This document shows positions 52,412 to 64,000 of a DNA stretch of 64,000 nucleotides, piece after piece. How positions within the stretch are numbered: the first letter of the stretch is position 1; the number at the start of each line of letters is the position of its first letter. Under the pieces are notes generated by a model. It made no database searches, was not told the origin of the DNA, and was given only the letters and a program-made list of their open reading frames with translations. The position numbers were made by a program, and so were the translations under genes. The stretch comes from Octopus sinensis. Taxonomy: Eukaryota. The stretch spans positions 25,853,360 to 25,917,359 of the forward strand of contig NC_043019.1 in NCBI RefSeq assembly GCF_006345805.1, read 5' to 3'.

Positions 52412-52413
<2 letters not shown>
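51553..52413 (-). mobile_element. Hammerhead-bearing partial tandem (554-nt monomer, about 1.55 copies) inserted in (TA)n
   Basis: 51553-51859 is repeated at 52107-52413 (period 554). There is a complete hammerhead at 51836-51887 and a truncated one at 52390-52413. Confidence 0.85.
51836..51887 (-). ncRNA. Type I hammerhead ribozyme
   Basis: Minus strand reads tgag-CTGACGA-a aga aat gtc gattt gac taa tct a-GAAAC-gtac-GTT-ctca. Stem III is the palindrome ACGTACGT. Confidence 0.8.
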
Positions 52414-52460
<47 letters not shown>

Positions 52461-52505
52461 ATATATATATATCTATATATATATATATGTATATATATAG
52501 TATGG

Positions 52506-52552
<47 letters not shown>

Positions 52553-54184
52553 GATGGATGGATGGATAGATAAATATAGAGATATGTGTATGTATTTGTG
52601 TGTATGCTTCTATGTAAGTGTGTGTGTCTGTGCATGTGTGTGTGTCTGTGCCTGTGTGTGTGTACAGTACAGAAAGATGACCATCTACAGGTGGTTTGTC
52701 TCTATGTATAGATAAATTTTCAAGAAATTACTAGCTTTATAGAAAGCTATCGAGTAACCTTATACGTGCATAAGAATTCTAACCACCCTCAACTGTTATT
52801 AAGAATCTTGCAAATGATATAATTAAAGGAATGTACAAACTACCCACAGACAAGTACGTGACACAATTTCAAGAAATTAAGTATTGTTTTATCAATCCAT
52901 GTCATTTTCTCAATGGAGTTCATCCAAAATTGCTTGGACGAGCGCACATGATACGACATGGTCAATGGCAACAAAGTGATTCCACATGTGAATTTTAATA
53001 CGGATGAGTGCATGTGTATATTATGTGTGTTGTGTGTGTGTGTGTGTGTGTGTGTGTCTGTGTCTGTCTGTCTGTCTGTCTATGACGAGCTTCTTTCAGT
53101 TACTGTCTCCCAAACCCATTCACAAAGATTTGATAGGCCCAAGATTATAGTAGAAGACACTTTCCCAATGTTCCATACAGTGGGACTGAACCCGGAACTC
53201 TGTGGTTGAGAAGCAAACTTATTACCACACAGCCACGCCTGCGCCTGAGAGTCATTGCAGTTCATTATATGACACAAAGCAAGAATAAATGAAACAGCTT
53301 TTATATTTGAGCTAACCTATTTAACATGATTGCATCATCAATTTTATTTCATTTATTCTTGCTTTGTGTCAGCAGAATAGTAAATAACATAAGACATATT
53401 CATGTAAGTTAACCTGGAACTTTAGGTCTTAATTATAAGCCCAGCGATGACAACATTTTCGTTACGATATTATTACAACTATACAATTACGGTGACAAGC
53501 TAGCATGATCGTTAGCACGTCGGGTAAAATATTTAGCGGGACTTCCATCTTAACTTTCTGAGATCAAATTCCACCAAGGCCGATTATCTTTTCTTGATCG
53601 ATGAAATAAGTACCAGTTGAGTACTGGAGTCGATGTAATCAGCTTATCTTCACCCTCAAAATTGCTGGCCTTGAGCCAAATTTTGACATCATTAATACAA
53701 CTATAATTCCTGTTGTTGCGCGCAAAGAAAAGCTTCAAAGGCAATCATTTCATAGAGGGAATAGGAATGAAAATGTTGATGGACCTAGGAAAATTATTAT
53801 TGCTCCAAACTGAACATAAAAAAAGTAATAATGAAATGGAGGAGATGACTTAATTACAAAAAGCATATGAACAAGTTTGTGTTTTCGAAATAACATTAAA
53901 AGAAACAAGTGATAGTTATAAACGAGTGCCCGTGTGTGTGTGTGTGTGTGTGTAAATATGTTTCTCTCCTCTAATCGATAGTTGTACTAGCAACGAGAGA
54001 CACCACACAAACACCACACTGATGACAATTTACTGGTGAAAGGAAAATTAGAAAAACTGTTGGAGAATGGTTCATACGCATATTGGTAGGTTTCTACATA
54101 TATACACATACTTGTCTCTGTACACATGCGCATACAAGATACCATTGTATGTATAGGTTTATATACATATTCCTTTCTGATATA

Positions 54185-54250
<66 letters not shown>

Positions 54251-54595
54251 GTAATAATAATTGATATAGGATAAAAAATTTTCGGGGAAAAATAATTTTA
54301 TCAATGGCCAGCATATCAAAAAATGCCTTTAAAGGTAAAATTTATACATAATTTACAAGATAAGGGCAGGAGAAAAATTCTAATGCAAGATACGCCGAAA
54401 ACAAGTCTGCTCGGGACTTGGTGCTTGCTTCTTCCGTGGGTATGAATAAGTATTTCATTTATATCTCGCGTATGTGCCGCTAAAGAGGGGAAAATTTCTT
54501 GTGAATTAACCCCGAATTTGGACCAATACGGTAATAACGAATTTTTTAGAGATTTCTATCGGTTTGTTTCGAGACGCATAAATTTAATGGTTATC

Positions 54596-54626
<31 letters not shown>

Positions 54627-54683
54627 TATATATATATATATATCTATATATATCGGTGTGCATTCAAAGCAATGAATAGTTGT

Positions 54684-54728
54684 ATTCAAAGCAATGATTA
54701 GTAACTTACGAAACCGGTATGCTTGAAT
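54684..54728 (+). ncRNA. Degenerate minimal hammerhead motif
   Basis: attcaaagca-ATGATTA-gtaa c ttac-GAAAC-cg-GTA-tgcttgaat. Stems I, II and III are intact and there are two core substitutions. Confidence 0.6.
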
Positions 54729-54928
54729 TTCTTTAATAATTTCAAAATAATGACTTTTATTACTTTTATTCCTACCTCAGTTCATCTAATTGTACATATC
54801 TTTCGTTACTTTTCATAAAAAGCCTTTACTTCTTTTATTTACAATGTACATTTTCGTCTATTTTTCTTACTTTCCCCTTACATTACCACGTATAGTTTCT
54901 ATTTTCTTTTTGTAACATATTTCTCTCA

Positions 54929-54983
<55 letters not shown>

Positions 54984-55154
54984 AGCACCGAGCAGTGTTT
55001 AGGCATATGCAAAATGTAGGTGGTTAAATTATGTTTGGGATATATTTCAACTGCTAAGAGGCAAATTCACTGCAATTACCGTGGAGAAAAATTCTCTCTT
55101 AGGATAAAATGGTGTAAAAACATCATATCTGTCTAGTGTCGCCCTCTTTCAGGA

Positions 55155-55197
55155 TTCTCTGATGCGTTTCTAGCTCTGCAGCCGTTATCAATGAGAA
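55155..55197 (-). ncRNA. Degenerate minimal hammerhead motif
   Basis: Minus strand reads ttctca-TTGATAA-c ggct gcag agct a-GAAAC-gc-ATC-agagaa. Confidence 0.4.
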
Positions 55198-55484
55198 ATA
55201 TATAAGAGATGCAATTCTGGGCAGAGTTATCAATATATGCTTTGATAGGTCTGTATAACGGACAACAATTATTTCGCATTAAACTACGCAATCACTGAAT
55301 ACTTTTGTTACACGACATATTTAGTATTCTTTAACTACACGAGTAACGTCGAAGTTTCGCTCTGCTTAACTTTCAAACTCATAAAGGCTAAACAGGCAAA
55401 AACTTCGTAGTCACTGTCAACACCATTCTTGTTAAACAACAACAGTATGTAATATATATATACATATATATATTCTCGTTAAAC

Positions 55485-55522
<38 letters not shown>

Positions 55523-55608
55523 GCCATATATGTATGCATAAATATTGTATGTATTGTATGTATATATACACACGTATATATGTATGTACATATACATGTA
55601 TGTATACG

Positions 55609-55677
<69 letters not shown>

Positions 55678-55926
55678 CATATATATATGCATATATACAC
55701 ATATATATGATAGTGCGTGTGAGTGTTATGCGTATGTATGTTTACATAAAATCTTGTGTCTTCAGACTCAATAACAATAGAAACTATAGTACATTGTACA
55801 CACGCACACACAAACACGCACATACACCCACACAATTTCACACACACGCACAAACACACACGCACACACACATACGCACGCACAAAAAAGCCTCCCTCAA
55901 AAATATGTATGTTGTTTTGAAAGAGC

Positions 55927-55997
<71 letters not shown>

Positions 55998-56496
55998 TGT
56001 GTCGGAGCGGAGGCGAAAAGCGAGACAACTGTTGAAATGTCATCAAGTGTAAAGGTTGTTTCATAAATTATGTAAAGACGACAATGATTAGTTGGTCGAT
56101 GGCCAACCGATTGAACAGAAGACGATGCGGGAGGAGAGGAGGAGGAGGAAGGAGAAAAAGAAGATGAGAGAGGCATTGTGCGAGGTCCACTCTCACTCAG
56201 TGTCGTCATGTGGCACGTCACTGTCTGGATTCATATACATATATATATTACACACACACATACACATATATATGCATATATATATACACACATATATAAA
56301 TGTATATATATATACATATATGAATATGTATGTATGGATGAATGCATTATTGTATATATATATACACATCTATATATGTGTATGGATATATATATATAAT
56401 TATATATATATATATATATATATCTATATATATATATGTATGTATGTAATATATATATATACATCTATATATATGTATGTATATATATATATATGC

Positions 56497-56536
<40 letters not shown>

Positions 56537-56604
56537 GTATTGTATATATTATATGTATATATATTATATATATAGATATATATGTAGATGTATATATGTA
56601 TGTA

Positions 56605-56667
<63 letters not shown>

Positions 56668-57055
56668 TGAACGAATTGATGTACTTTATATGCATATATT
56701 ACTGAGCACGTTACGCGTGTTTGTGTGTGTTTGTGTCTGCTGGAAGGCGACAATTCTGCATTCTATATTCTGTGTTTCCATTGTTTATAAATTATGTATT
56801 CAAGTTGCACCATTGGTTATGAGATAATTTCCTCGCACCCATCTTTTCCAACCGTATGTAATGTTTGTAACAATAAGAAAACATTCTTTATCAGTTACGG
56901 AAGCACTGTTACTTCAAATTAACGGGGATGCTTTCTCGAAACGAATAGTGCAGTTTAGAAGGCTTTCAACATTCTGTCAGTATGACATACAGATCACTGT
57001 TTAACTATATCAGCCAGAAGCAGGTTTTCCTTTGACACACGGTGCTCGTGGATTC

Positions 57056-57100
57056 TTACTTCTGATGAAATTTAAAGATGCAAAAATCTAGATAAAGTAA
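57056..57100 (+). ncRNA. Degenerate hammerhead motif
   Basis: ttactt-CTGATGA-aatttaaagatgca-AAAA-tctaga-TA-aagtaa. Stem I is a perfect 6 bp, stem III is the palindrome ATCTAGAT, and G12 is lost. Confidence 0.55.
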
Positions 57101-58392
57101 TGCCACTGCCGCTGTTGGTTGATTTTCACCTGCTGGTGATATATTTCTGCTTTTAACACTATACGTCTAAAAGAGACATTATCTCGTAACGAACACTTCT
57201 GTTTCGAAGTCTTTCAACGGTGTATATGCTTTAAGTATGATATAGAGATCGCTGATATGAACACGTATTTCAGACCAATTATCAGTTTTTCTTTATTACC
57301 AATTTTCTGCTCTATAACGATGTCAGATGTTAATATTGGTATGTTATTGTATATCCTTTGGCGGCGCACAGCTTAGCGGTTAGGGTATCGGACCCATGAT
57401 CGTAAGATTGCTGTTTCGATTCTAGGACCAGGCGATGAATTGTGATTTTGAGCAAAACACTTCATTTCGCGTTACTCTATTCCACTCAGCTGGTGAAAAT
57501 GAGTAATTCTGTGATGGTGCAGTGTTTCATCCAGGGAGGAACATAAACGCCAGAGAAACCGGGAAATCGGACCTGTGCTCCCTACTGAGTAATAATGGGC
57601 AAACCCGTTGCATCTCCCGGTTGCTAGACAATCTAAACGCTCTTGAGAGTATGTGTCACAGATAAGCAGGCCCCATGGCAGTGTGTGTTGAATAGTGCGC
57701 TTCAAAATTGAACTTGACAACATGGTTGTTGTGTAGAAGTAGAACACCCCTATTTGGTTGGCTCCTAATGGACTGCACCACATTATAAAACTTTATATAT
57801 AAAGAACGTGAAATTCACGAATTGACGAACACGGAAAACAGACAGTCATTCAGAGCCTTCATTCTTCAGTCAGAAACCGATTCATCATGGCAAATTTCGG
57901 CTGTTTAATTCTTGCGCAGAGAGTGTGGGATGAGAGTCGGTGAGCTATGTAAAGTCAAGAGTTGCGTTTTGTCGAGTGTGATTACAAGTATTGTGTAGCT
58001 TGAGTAGAACAGTTGGCAAGGGCGTTATTTATTATCCCATTATATCGCACGTCGAACATGCGATACAACAATTAGAACGGCTTGGATGTTACTTAACATA
58101 TCTTTCCTAACTTTAGAACAAGATCAGTAATTTTAAGGTGAGGGGCAAAGGGAGACTGGTTCTTTATTTTATCAAGCCCGAAATGATAAGAGGCAGAGTC
58201 GACCCCGGCAGACTTTGTCCTCAGAAAGTAAAAGGCCGGAGGAAATAATGCGAAGCATTCTGTCCGACGTGCAAACGATATAGAATGTTTCTGAAGGTTT
58301 AGTCTAAAAAATAAATACACCAATCATCGCTTTACATCTCGATGTAAACAGTCCAAATAACGAATTATATTTGTGTGAGTGGAACTACATAT

Positions 58393-58439
<47 letters not shown>

Positions 58440-58469
58440 TATATATATATATATATATATTATATATAC

Positions 58470-58500
<31 letters not shown>

Positions 58501-59684
58501 GGTTGGTAGGTTGGTAAGTAGATATTATACATACGTATAAATATCATATATACCTACAAACATATACACACACAATTACTGTCTCTGATTTTTACATTTG
58601 TTGTTTATGTAATATTATATATATATATATACGCGCACACATAAGTCTATGTATGTGTGTGTGTTTATGTATGTATGTGTGTACATAAGATGATACATGA
58701 AAAATAGACATTTCCATGCAATCATTTATTTTTCATTTCAATTTGAACAAAATGTCTTAATCTTAATTTTAGTTTTAGGTATTTTATTTCGCAATTTATA
58801 TTTTTCTCTATATGTATGTATGTATGTATGTATGTGCGTGTATATGTACGGGCGTATGTTTGGACGTATGTATGTAGACATATAAATGTATGTGCTTATA
58901 AATACATGTATGTTTGTATCTACATATATGTATATATGTATGTATGTATGAACGTATGTGCGTATATATACTTTTGTATGTATGTGTGTATGCACATATG
59001 TATGTGTGCACGCACGTATACATATATGTGTGTGTGTGTATAGATGAATATAAATGTAGATGTCTATATGTATGTACTTCTATATATGTCAATGTATGTA
59101 TATATTACCGTACATATGTAAGAAACAAAACACCTGAAAAATAAATTTAAAAAACTGGGAAATATAAACGAGATAAAGCCATTTTGTTGAAAATGAAACT
59201 GAAAGTAAATAAATTTGTTTCGATGATGTCATGTTGTTTTATGTTAGTTTTTGTTATTTTCTCTCTTTGTCTTGCTTTTTGTTGTATTTTAATAGTTGTT
59301 TGTTTGTTTGTTTGGGTTTTTCTTTTCTGAAGACAAGTGAAATATTTCTTACGTCTCCAACTGACCGACTAAAAGGAGGCCCCACGCCACCCTAATTCTT
59401 AGTGAACCAATATTCATCTATACACACACACATATATATGTATACGTGCGTGCACACATACATATGTGCATACACACATACATACAAAAGTATATATACG
59501 CACATACGTTCATACATACATATATACATATATGTAGATACAAACATACATGTATTTATAAGCACATACATTTATATGTCTACATACACACGTACATACA
59601 TACGTCCAAACATACGCCCGTACATATACACATACATATGTGCATACACACATACATACAAAAGTATATATACGCACATACGTT

Positions 59685-59728
<44 letters not shown>

Positions 59729-60198
59729 GTAGATACAAACATACATGTATTTATAAGCACATACATTTATATGTCTACATACACACGTAATAATAATAAT
59801 GGGTGGTGGGGTGGGTGGGAATAAAAAAATGAATAAAGAAATACAGAAATGAAGAATGAGCGAGTGAAAGAAAGAACGAGCAAACGAACGACTGAACGAA
59901 TGAGAAAAGAACAAAAGAATGTAGGCATGTATGAAGGAAGGTTGAACAATAGAGATGTGTAACGTTGCAGGGAGGAACTTTCTTCGGAAATACACAGTAT
60001 CATATGCATGGACATACACACACACACACATACAAGTCTATGTATGTGTGTGTGTTTATGTATGTATGTGTGTACATAAGATGATACATGAAAAATAGAC
60101 ATTTCCATGCAATCATTTACTTTTCATTTCAGTTTGAACAAAATGTCTTTATCTTAATTTTAGTTTTCGGTATTATATTTCGCAATTTATATTTTTCT

Positions 60199-60866
60199 TT
60201 ATATGTATGTCAGCATCTCTATCGCTTCGGGCACTTCCTTGTAATATTCTGGGGTTACGGCTCCGATTATTTCAATGCCGTACCCCCAGAAATTCCGGCA
60301 TTCGGTTCTGCTTACCAGCTGAATCTCCAAGTCTGGGCTTTCTTTTTGTAGCTTCGAGTCAAAAATGGCCACTATTACCCACTCAGGTTCTATCCTTGAA
60401 TGTACTCTTCCAACTCTAATTTTTATCAATGTCTTTCTTGGAATGCTAGGCAATAGCAACCATTTCTTCCCTTCTATCACCTGTTTACAATTTATCGCTG
60501 CATCTTCTTCATTTTCGAATATGGCTGCCACTGTCCCGTATTCCTTTCCTCCATTGAGGAAGATTATTTTCTCTTCAAAACTGCTCATGGTTAGTTTTTC
60601 TATTTCCTCCTCTGGAGTTCTCTCCACTCTTCTATTTTCGTTCGAAAAATTACCGTTCTCTTCTTAATTTTCTTCATCGATTCTTCAGGTATGACTAGTC
60701 TTACTTGTGTTTCTCCAGCTTCCACCATACTGCTGTACTTTTTCAATTTCTTTACATCCCATTCCATTTGTTCCTGCTTCAGTCCGCGTGTATTCTTGGC
60801 TTCCCGCGTTTCCGCAGCCTCTGCATACGTCTTTATTTCATCTCCTATCTTCATTCCGCCCAACAT
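60199..60866 (-). pseudogene. Frameshifted, 3'-truncated ORF1/gag-like protein of a non-LTR retrotransposon
   Basis: Two overlapping non-repetitive ORFs (60600-60866 and 60199-60627) join by one frameshift. They contain an N-terminal KTYAEAA motif and RRM-like segments (YGTVAAIFENEEDA; KIRVGRVHSRIEPEWV). The family assignment is inference. Confidence 0.5.
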
Positions 60867-62029
60867 GGTGGCTTCGCATTGAGTCGGCCTTACTTTCCAA
60901 AAAACACAGAAGAGTGACCTAGAGTAGTATGGCCTGCTAGTTGGAGATGCCTATCTAGCTCTTGTAAATATATAAGAATTCTAGTGAAATAAATTCACTG
61001 ATTTCAAAAATAGAAATAATACATTTCTAAATCTCTCAGAGAGATTTATGCAGTAGTGATACTATAAAGTAGTTGTATACTGTCAACTTAATGTGATAGT
61101 CCCATGAAGGGAATAATACTACTGCTATTTAGCCCTAGGAAGGATGAAAAGCAAAGTCGACGCCGGCGGCGTTTGGCCTCAGAGCATAATGGCAAATGTG
61201 AGGGAAGGTTTTGTTCGGCGTGCTAATGATTCTACTGACTCAACGCCTTTTAATGTTTTAATAATAGCAGACGATCGCGAATCTAAATGTATTTGGAGAA
61301 ATATTCATAATTGAAGAGCAAGATAATGGAGATAGGCACTGATGGATAATGATACTGGCTAAGAGAGAGGGGGCAGAGATAATGGTAAAGAGAGAGAGAG
61401 AGAGATAATGACACGAGGAGGCATTGAGAGATGAGAAAGAACGACAGATTAATGATGTGAGAAATCTGACTGATTTATTGGCATTGAGATGGTAACAATG
61501 GAAGAACTTTCAGTAATTTTGTACTTTTAGTTGAGCGGACAGCAATTTAAAAAGATGGGGAAATGTAAACAAGAAGATTGGAAAATAGTGTATTGGGATT
61601 AAAATGGTAACAATTGTACAGTTTTTCAATAGCTTTGTGGTTTCTTTAGTAGTTTGTATAAATGTTTAGTGCCATGGGAAATGGTGATAATAAGAATTAT
61701 TGGAATTAAAATCAAAATAATACAACTCGTTTTAATAATTCTGTAATAGCAGAACGTGTAGCAGTTTGTAAAGAAGATTGAAAGGAACTAAATTTTGGGT
61801 TAAAATATGAATAAAAGAACTATTTTTTTGTTCAAATCTGAAATGCCAGAAACTGTATTAGATTTGAAAGGAGGAGAATAATGAAAGAAAATTTTTATAA
61901 AAAAAAAGAAAAGAGAGGGTTCGTTTTAATTTCGAAACGATGTAAATATTTTCAGGCTGTACATTTCGGTTATGATCTGAGGAGTGAAGACAAAAGAAAT
62001 ACAGAACTGGAATTAATTTGGTAATTTCT

Positions 62030-63626
62030 ACGACTTCCCCAGCTTCAATTTCTGGCCTCCTAATTCTCCCGTTTCTAATCTCATGGATTGCAATGAGTGG
62101 GGCGTGGTTGAGAAAGACAACAAACACGCTGCCTGCAGCACCAAGGCCGAGTTGGTGGTCAAGATCAAGGAGGTGCTCGAAAATCTTCCCAGGGACACGA
62201 TGAGAAACACATGCGCCAGTTTCCGGAGTCGTCTTGACGCCGTGATGGAAGCTGAGGACAGCTACTTTGAGTAAACTTCGAGGTTAAGCTGAAAAGTTCA
62301 TAGGTTGACTAAGAAGGAGTTATCATACAGTAATTAAACTTGGCATGCATTAAATTCTACATTTACTGATGCTAACAGCATCTTTTCTATCCCGATAAAC
62401 TCACATTGGAAACAGACTTAAGGATTTGGGAAAGTGGTACTAGAAACATTTCGTGAAAATTGATAAAATTTGGCACTGTTGGGTTATCAAATATCTGCAG
62501 AAAAAGGGGTTAGCCCCCAAGGACATTCATGCTGACACAAAAAGTGGGCAGCTGAATTCAAGAGGAGTAGGGAGAGTCTTGAAGATGACCCGAGATCTGG
62601 ACGTCCTGCCACAGCCACCACCCAAGAAAACATCGACCGTGTTAACCACATGGTGATGGATCACAGACATTTAAATGTTAATCAGATAGCTAGTGCTGTA
62701 GGCATCTCCCATGAATGAGTTGAGAACATTCTGCGTAACGAACTTGGCATGTCGAAGGTTTCCGCTTGTTGGGTGCCACGACTTTTGATGCCTGATCAAA
62801 AGCACACCAGGTTGGTCATGTCGCAGGCGAACTAGGCACTTTTTGAAGAAAATCCAGCCGGTTTTCTTGAACGTTTCTTCACCCAAGATGAATGTTGGGT
62901 TCCCCACTTTGAGCCAGAGACCCAACGACTGTCCATGCAGTGGAAACACCCATCTTTTTCTCCACCAAAGAAAGTCAAGGTGGTGTCATTGGCAGGGAAG
63001 GTGATGGTCTCTGTCTTCTGGGATGCAAAGGGCATTGTGTTCAGTGACTACTTTCAGAAAGGCCATACTATCAATGGAGAATACTATGCCAACCTGTATG
63101 ACGCAGCTGCGAAAGGCAATCAAGTCAAAATGGCCAGGAAAACTGATGAAAGGGTCCTGCTTCACATGAACAATGCTCCTACATGCAAGTCTGTGGTTGT
63201 AATGGCTGCTGTGCGCGACTGTCTTTGAACTGGTTGATCACTCTCCATATTCTCCTCATTTGGCACCATCTGACTATTTTCTGTTCCCCAACATGTAAAA
63301 ACACTTGGCTGCGAAGCAGTATCAGACCGATGGTGAGGTTGTATCTGCCGTTAAGGACTTTTTTCAAGGTCAGGATGAGAGCTTCTGTACGACAGGAATC
63401 CAAACGCTGCAACAATGAGGGAAGAAATGTATGGAGACTATGTCGAAAAATGAAACACATTTGGTCAAGTTTGACCATTGCATCGTGGTCAGCCTATGAA
63501 CTTTTCAGACAAGCTCTCCCACAATCTCCCAATCATAATTTAGTTGGTATACGTTTATTTTTGGATGTGATTTTGTGTTCTTTTTTCCGTTAATTGTCAA
63601 TTGTGAAATTTAGCCCGAACACCCTG
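62030..63626 (+). mobile_element. Tc1/maT-like transposon 3' part, split by a mariner insertion
   Basis: NFWPPNSP..(fs)..MDCNEWGVVEKD..STKAELVVKIKEVLENLPRDTMRNTCASFRSRLDAVMEAEDSYFE* (62040-62274). The 3' UTR resumes at 63517 and ends in TIR-like cccgaacaccctg + TA. Confidence 0.7.
62279..63516 (+). mobile_element. Near full-length mariner transposon (pseudogenised transposase)
   Basis: TIRs cgaggttaagctgaaaagttcataggttgact / ggtcagcctatgaacttttcagacaagctc. Motifs VIKYLQKKG, EDDPRSGRP, WVPRLL, TQDECW, KVMVSVFWD, HMNNAP and PYSPHLAPSDYFLF, with stops and frameshifts. Confidence 0.93.
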
Positions 63627-64000
63627 TATGTATATATGTATGTGTATGTATGTATGTATGTATGTATGTATGTATGTATGTATGTATGCATGTATGTATG
63701 TATGTATGTATGTATGTATGTATGTATGTATGTATGTATGCATGTATGTATGTATGTATGTACGTATGTATGTATGTATGTATGTATGGTATGTATGCAT
63801 GTATATATACATGTATATATGTGTGTGTGTGTTTATATTATTAATACATAGACAGACACACACACGCATACACATATATGTGTATATGTATACGTATATA
63901 TATACGTACGAATGTATTTATGTATGTATGCATGTATGTATGTATGGTATGTATGGTATGTATGCATGTATGTATGAATATATATGTGTGTGTGTATGTT
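63627..64000. repeat. (TATG)n/(TG)n microsatellite
   Basis: Directly visible. Confidence 0.95.

Overview
This is AT-rich, microsatellite-saturated animal DNA with no convincing host protein-coding gene. The tRNA-derived SINE families and TTAGGG repeats suggest an octopod cephalopod (inferred from pattern recognition, not from a search). Nearly all supplied ORFs are translations of (TA)n, (CA)n, (TATG)n, (AAT)n or (TTAGGG)n. The real content is: (1) a dense, diverse set of type I / minimal hammerhead-ribozyme motifs (about a dozen, in unrelated sequence contexts), including two retrozyme-like partial tandems with 356-nt and 554-nt monomers; (2) a 5'-truncated Penelope-like element (RT + C-terminal GIY-YIG + 3' hammerhead), a plausible mobilising partner; (3) several fold-back palindromes, some built from hammerhead units; (4) a 5.2-kb degenerate interstitial (TTAGGG)n array facing a short (CCCTAA)n that caps a broken R4/Dong RT; (5) R4/Dong and RTE LINE fragments, several SINE types, two mariners, a Tc1/maT-like fragment and MITEs. 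All structures were read by eye and no folding or database search was run.
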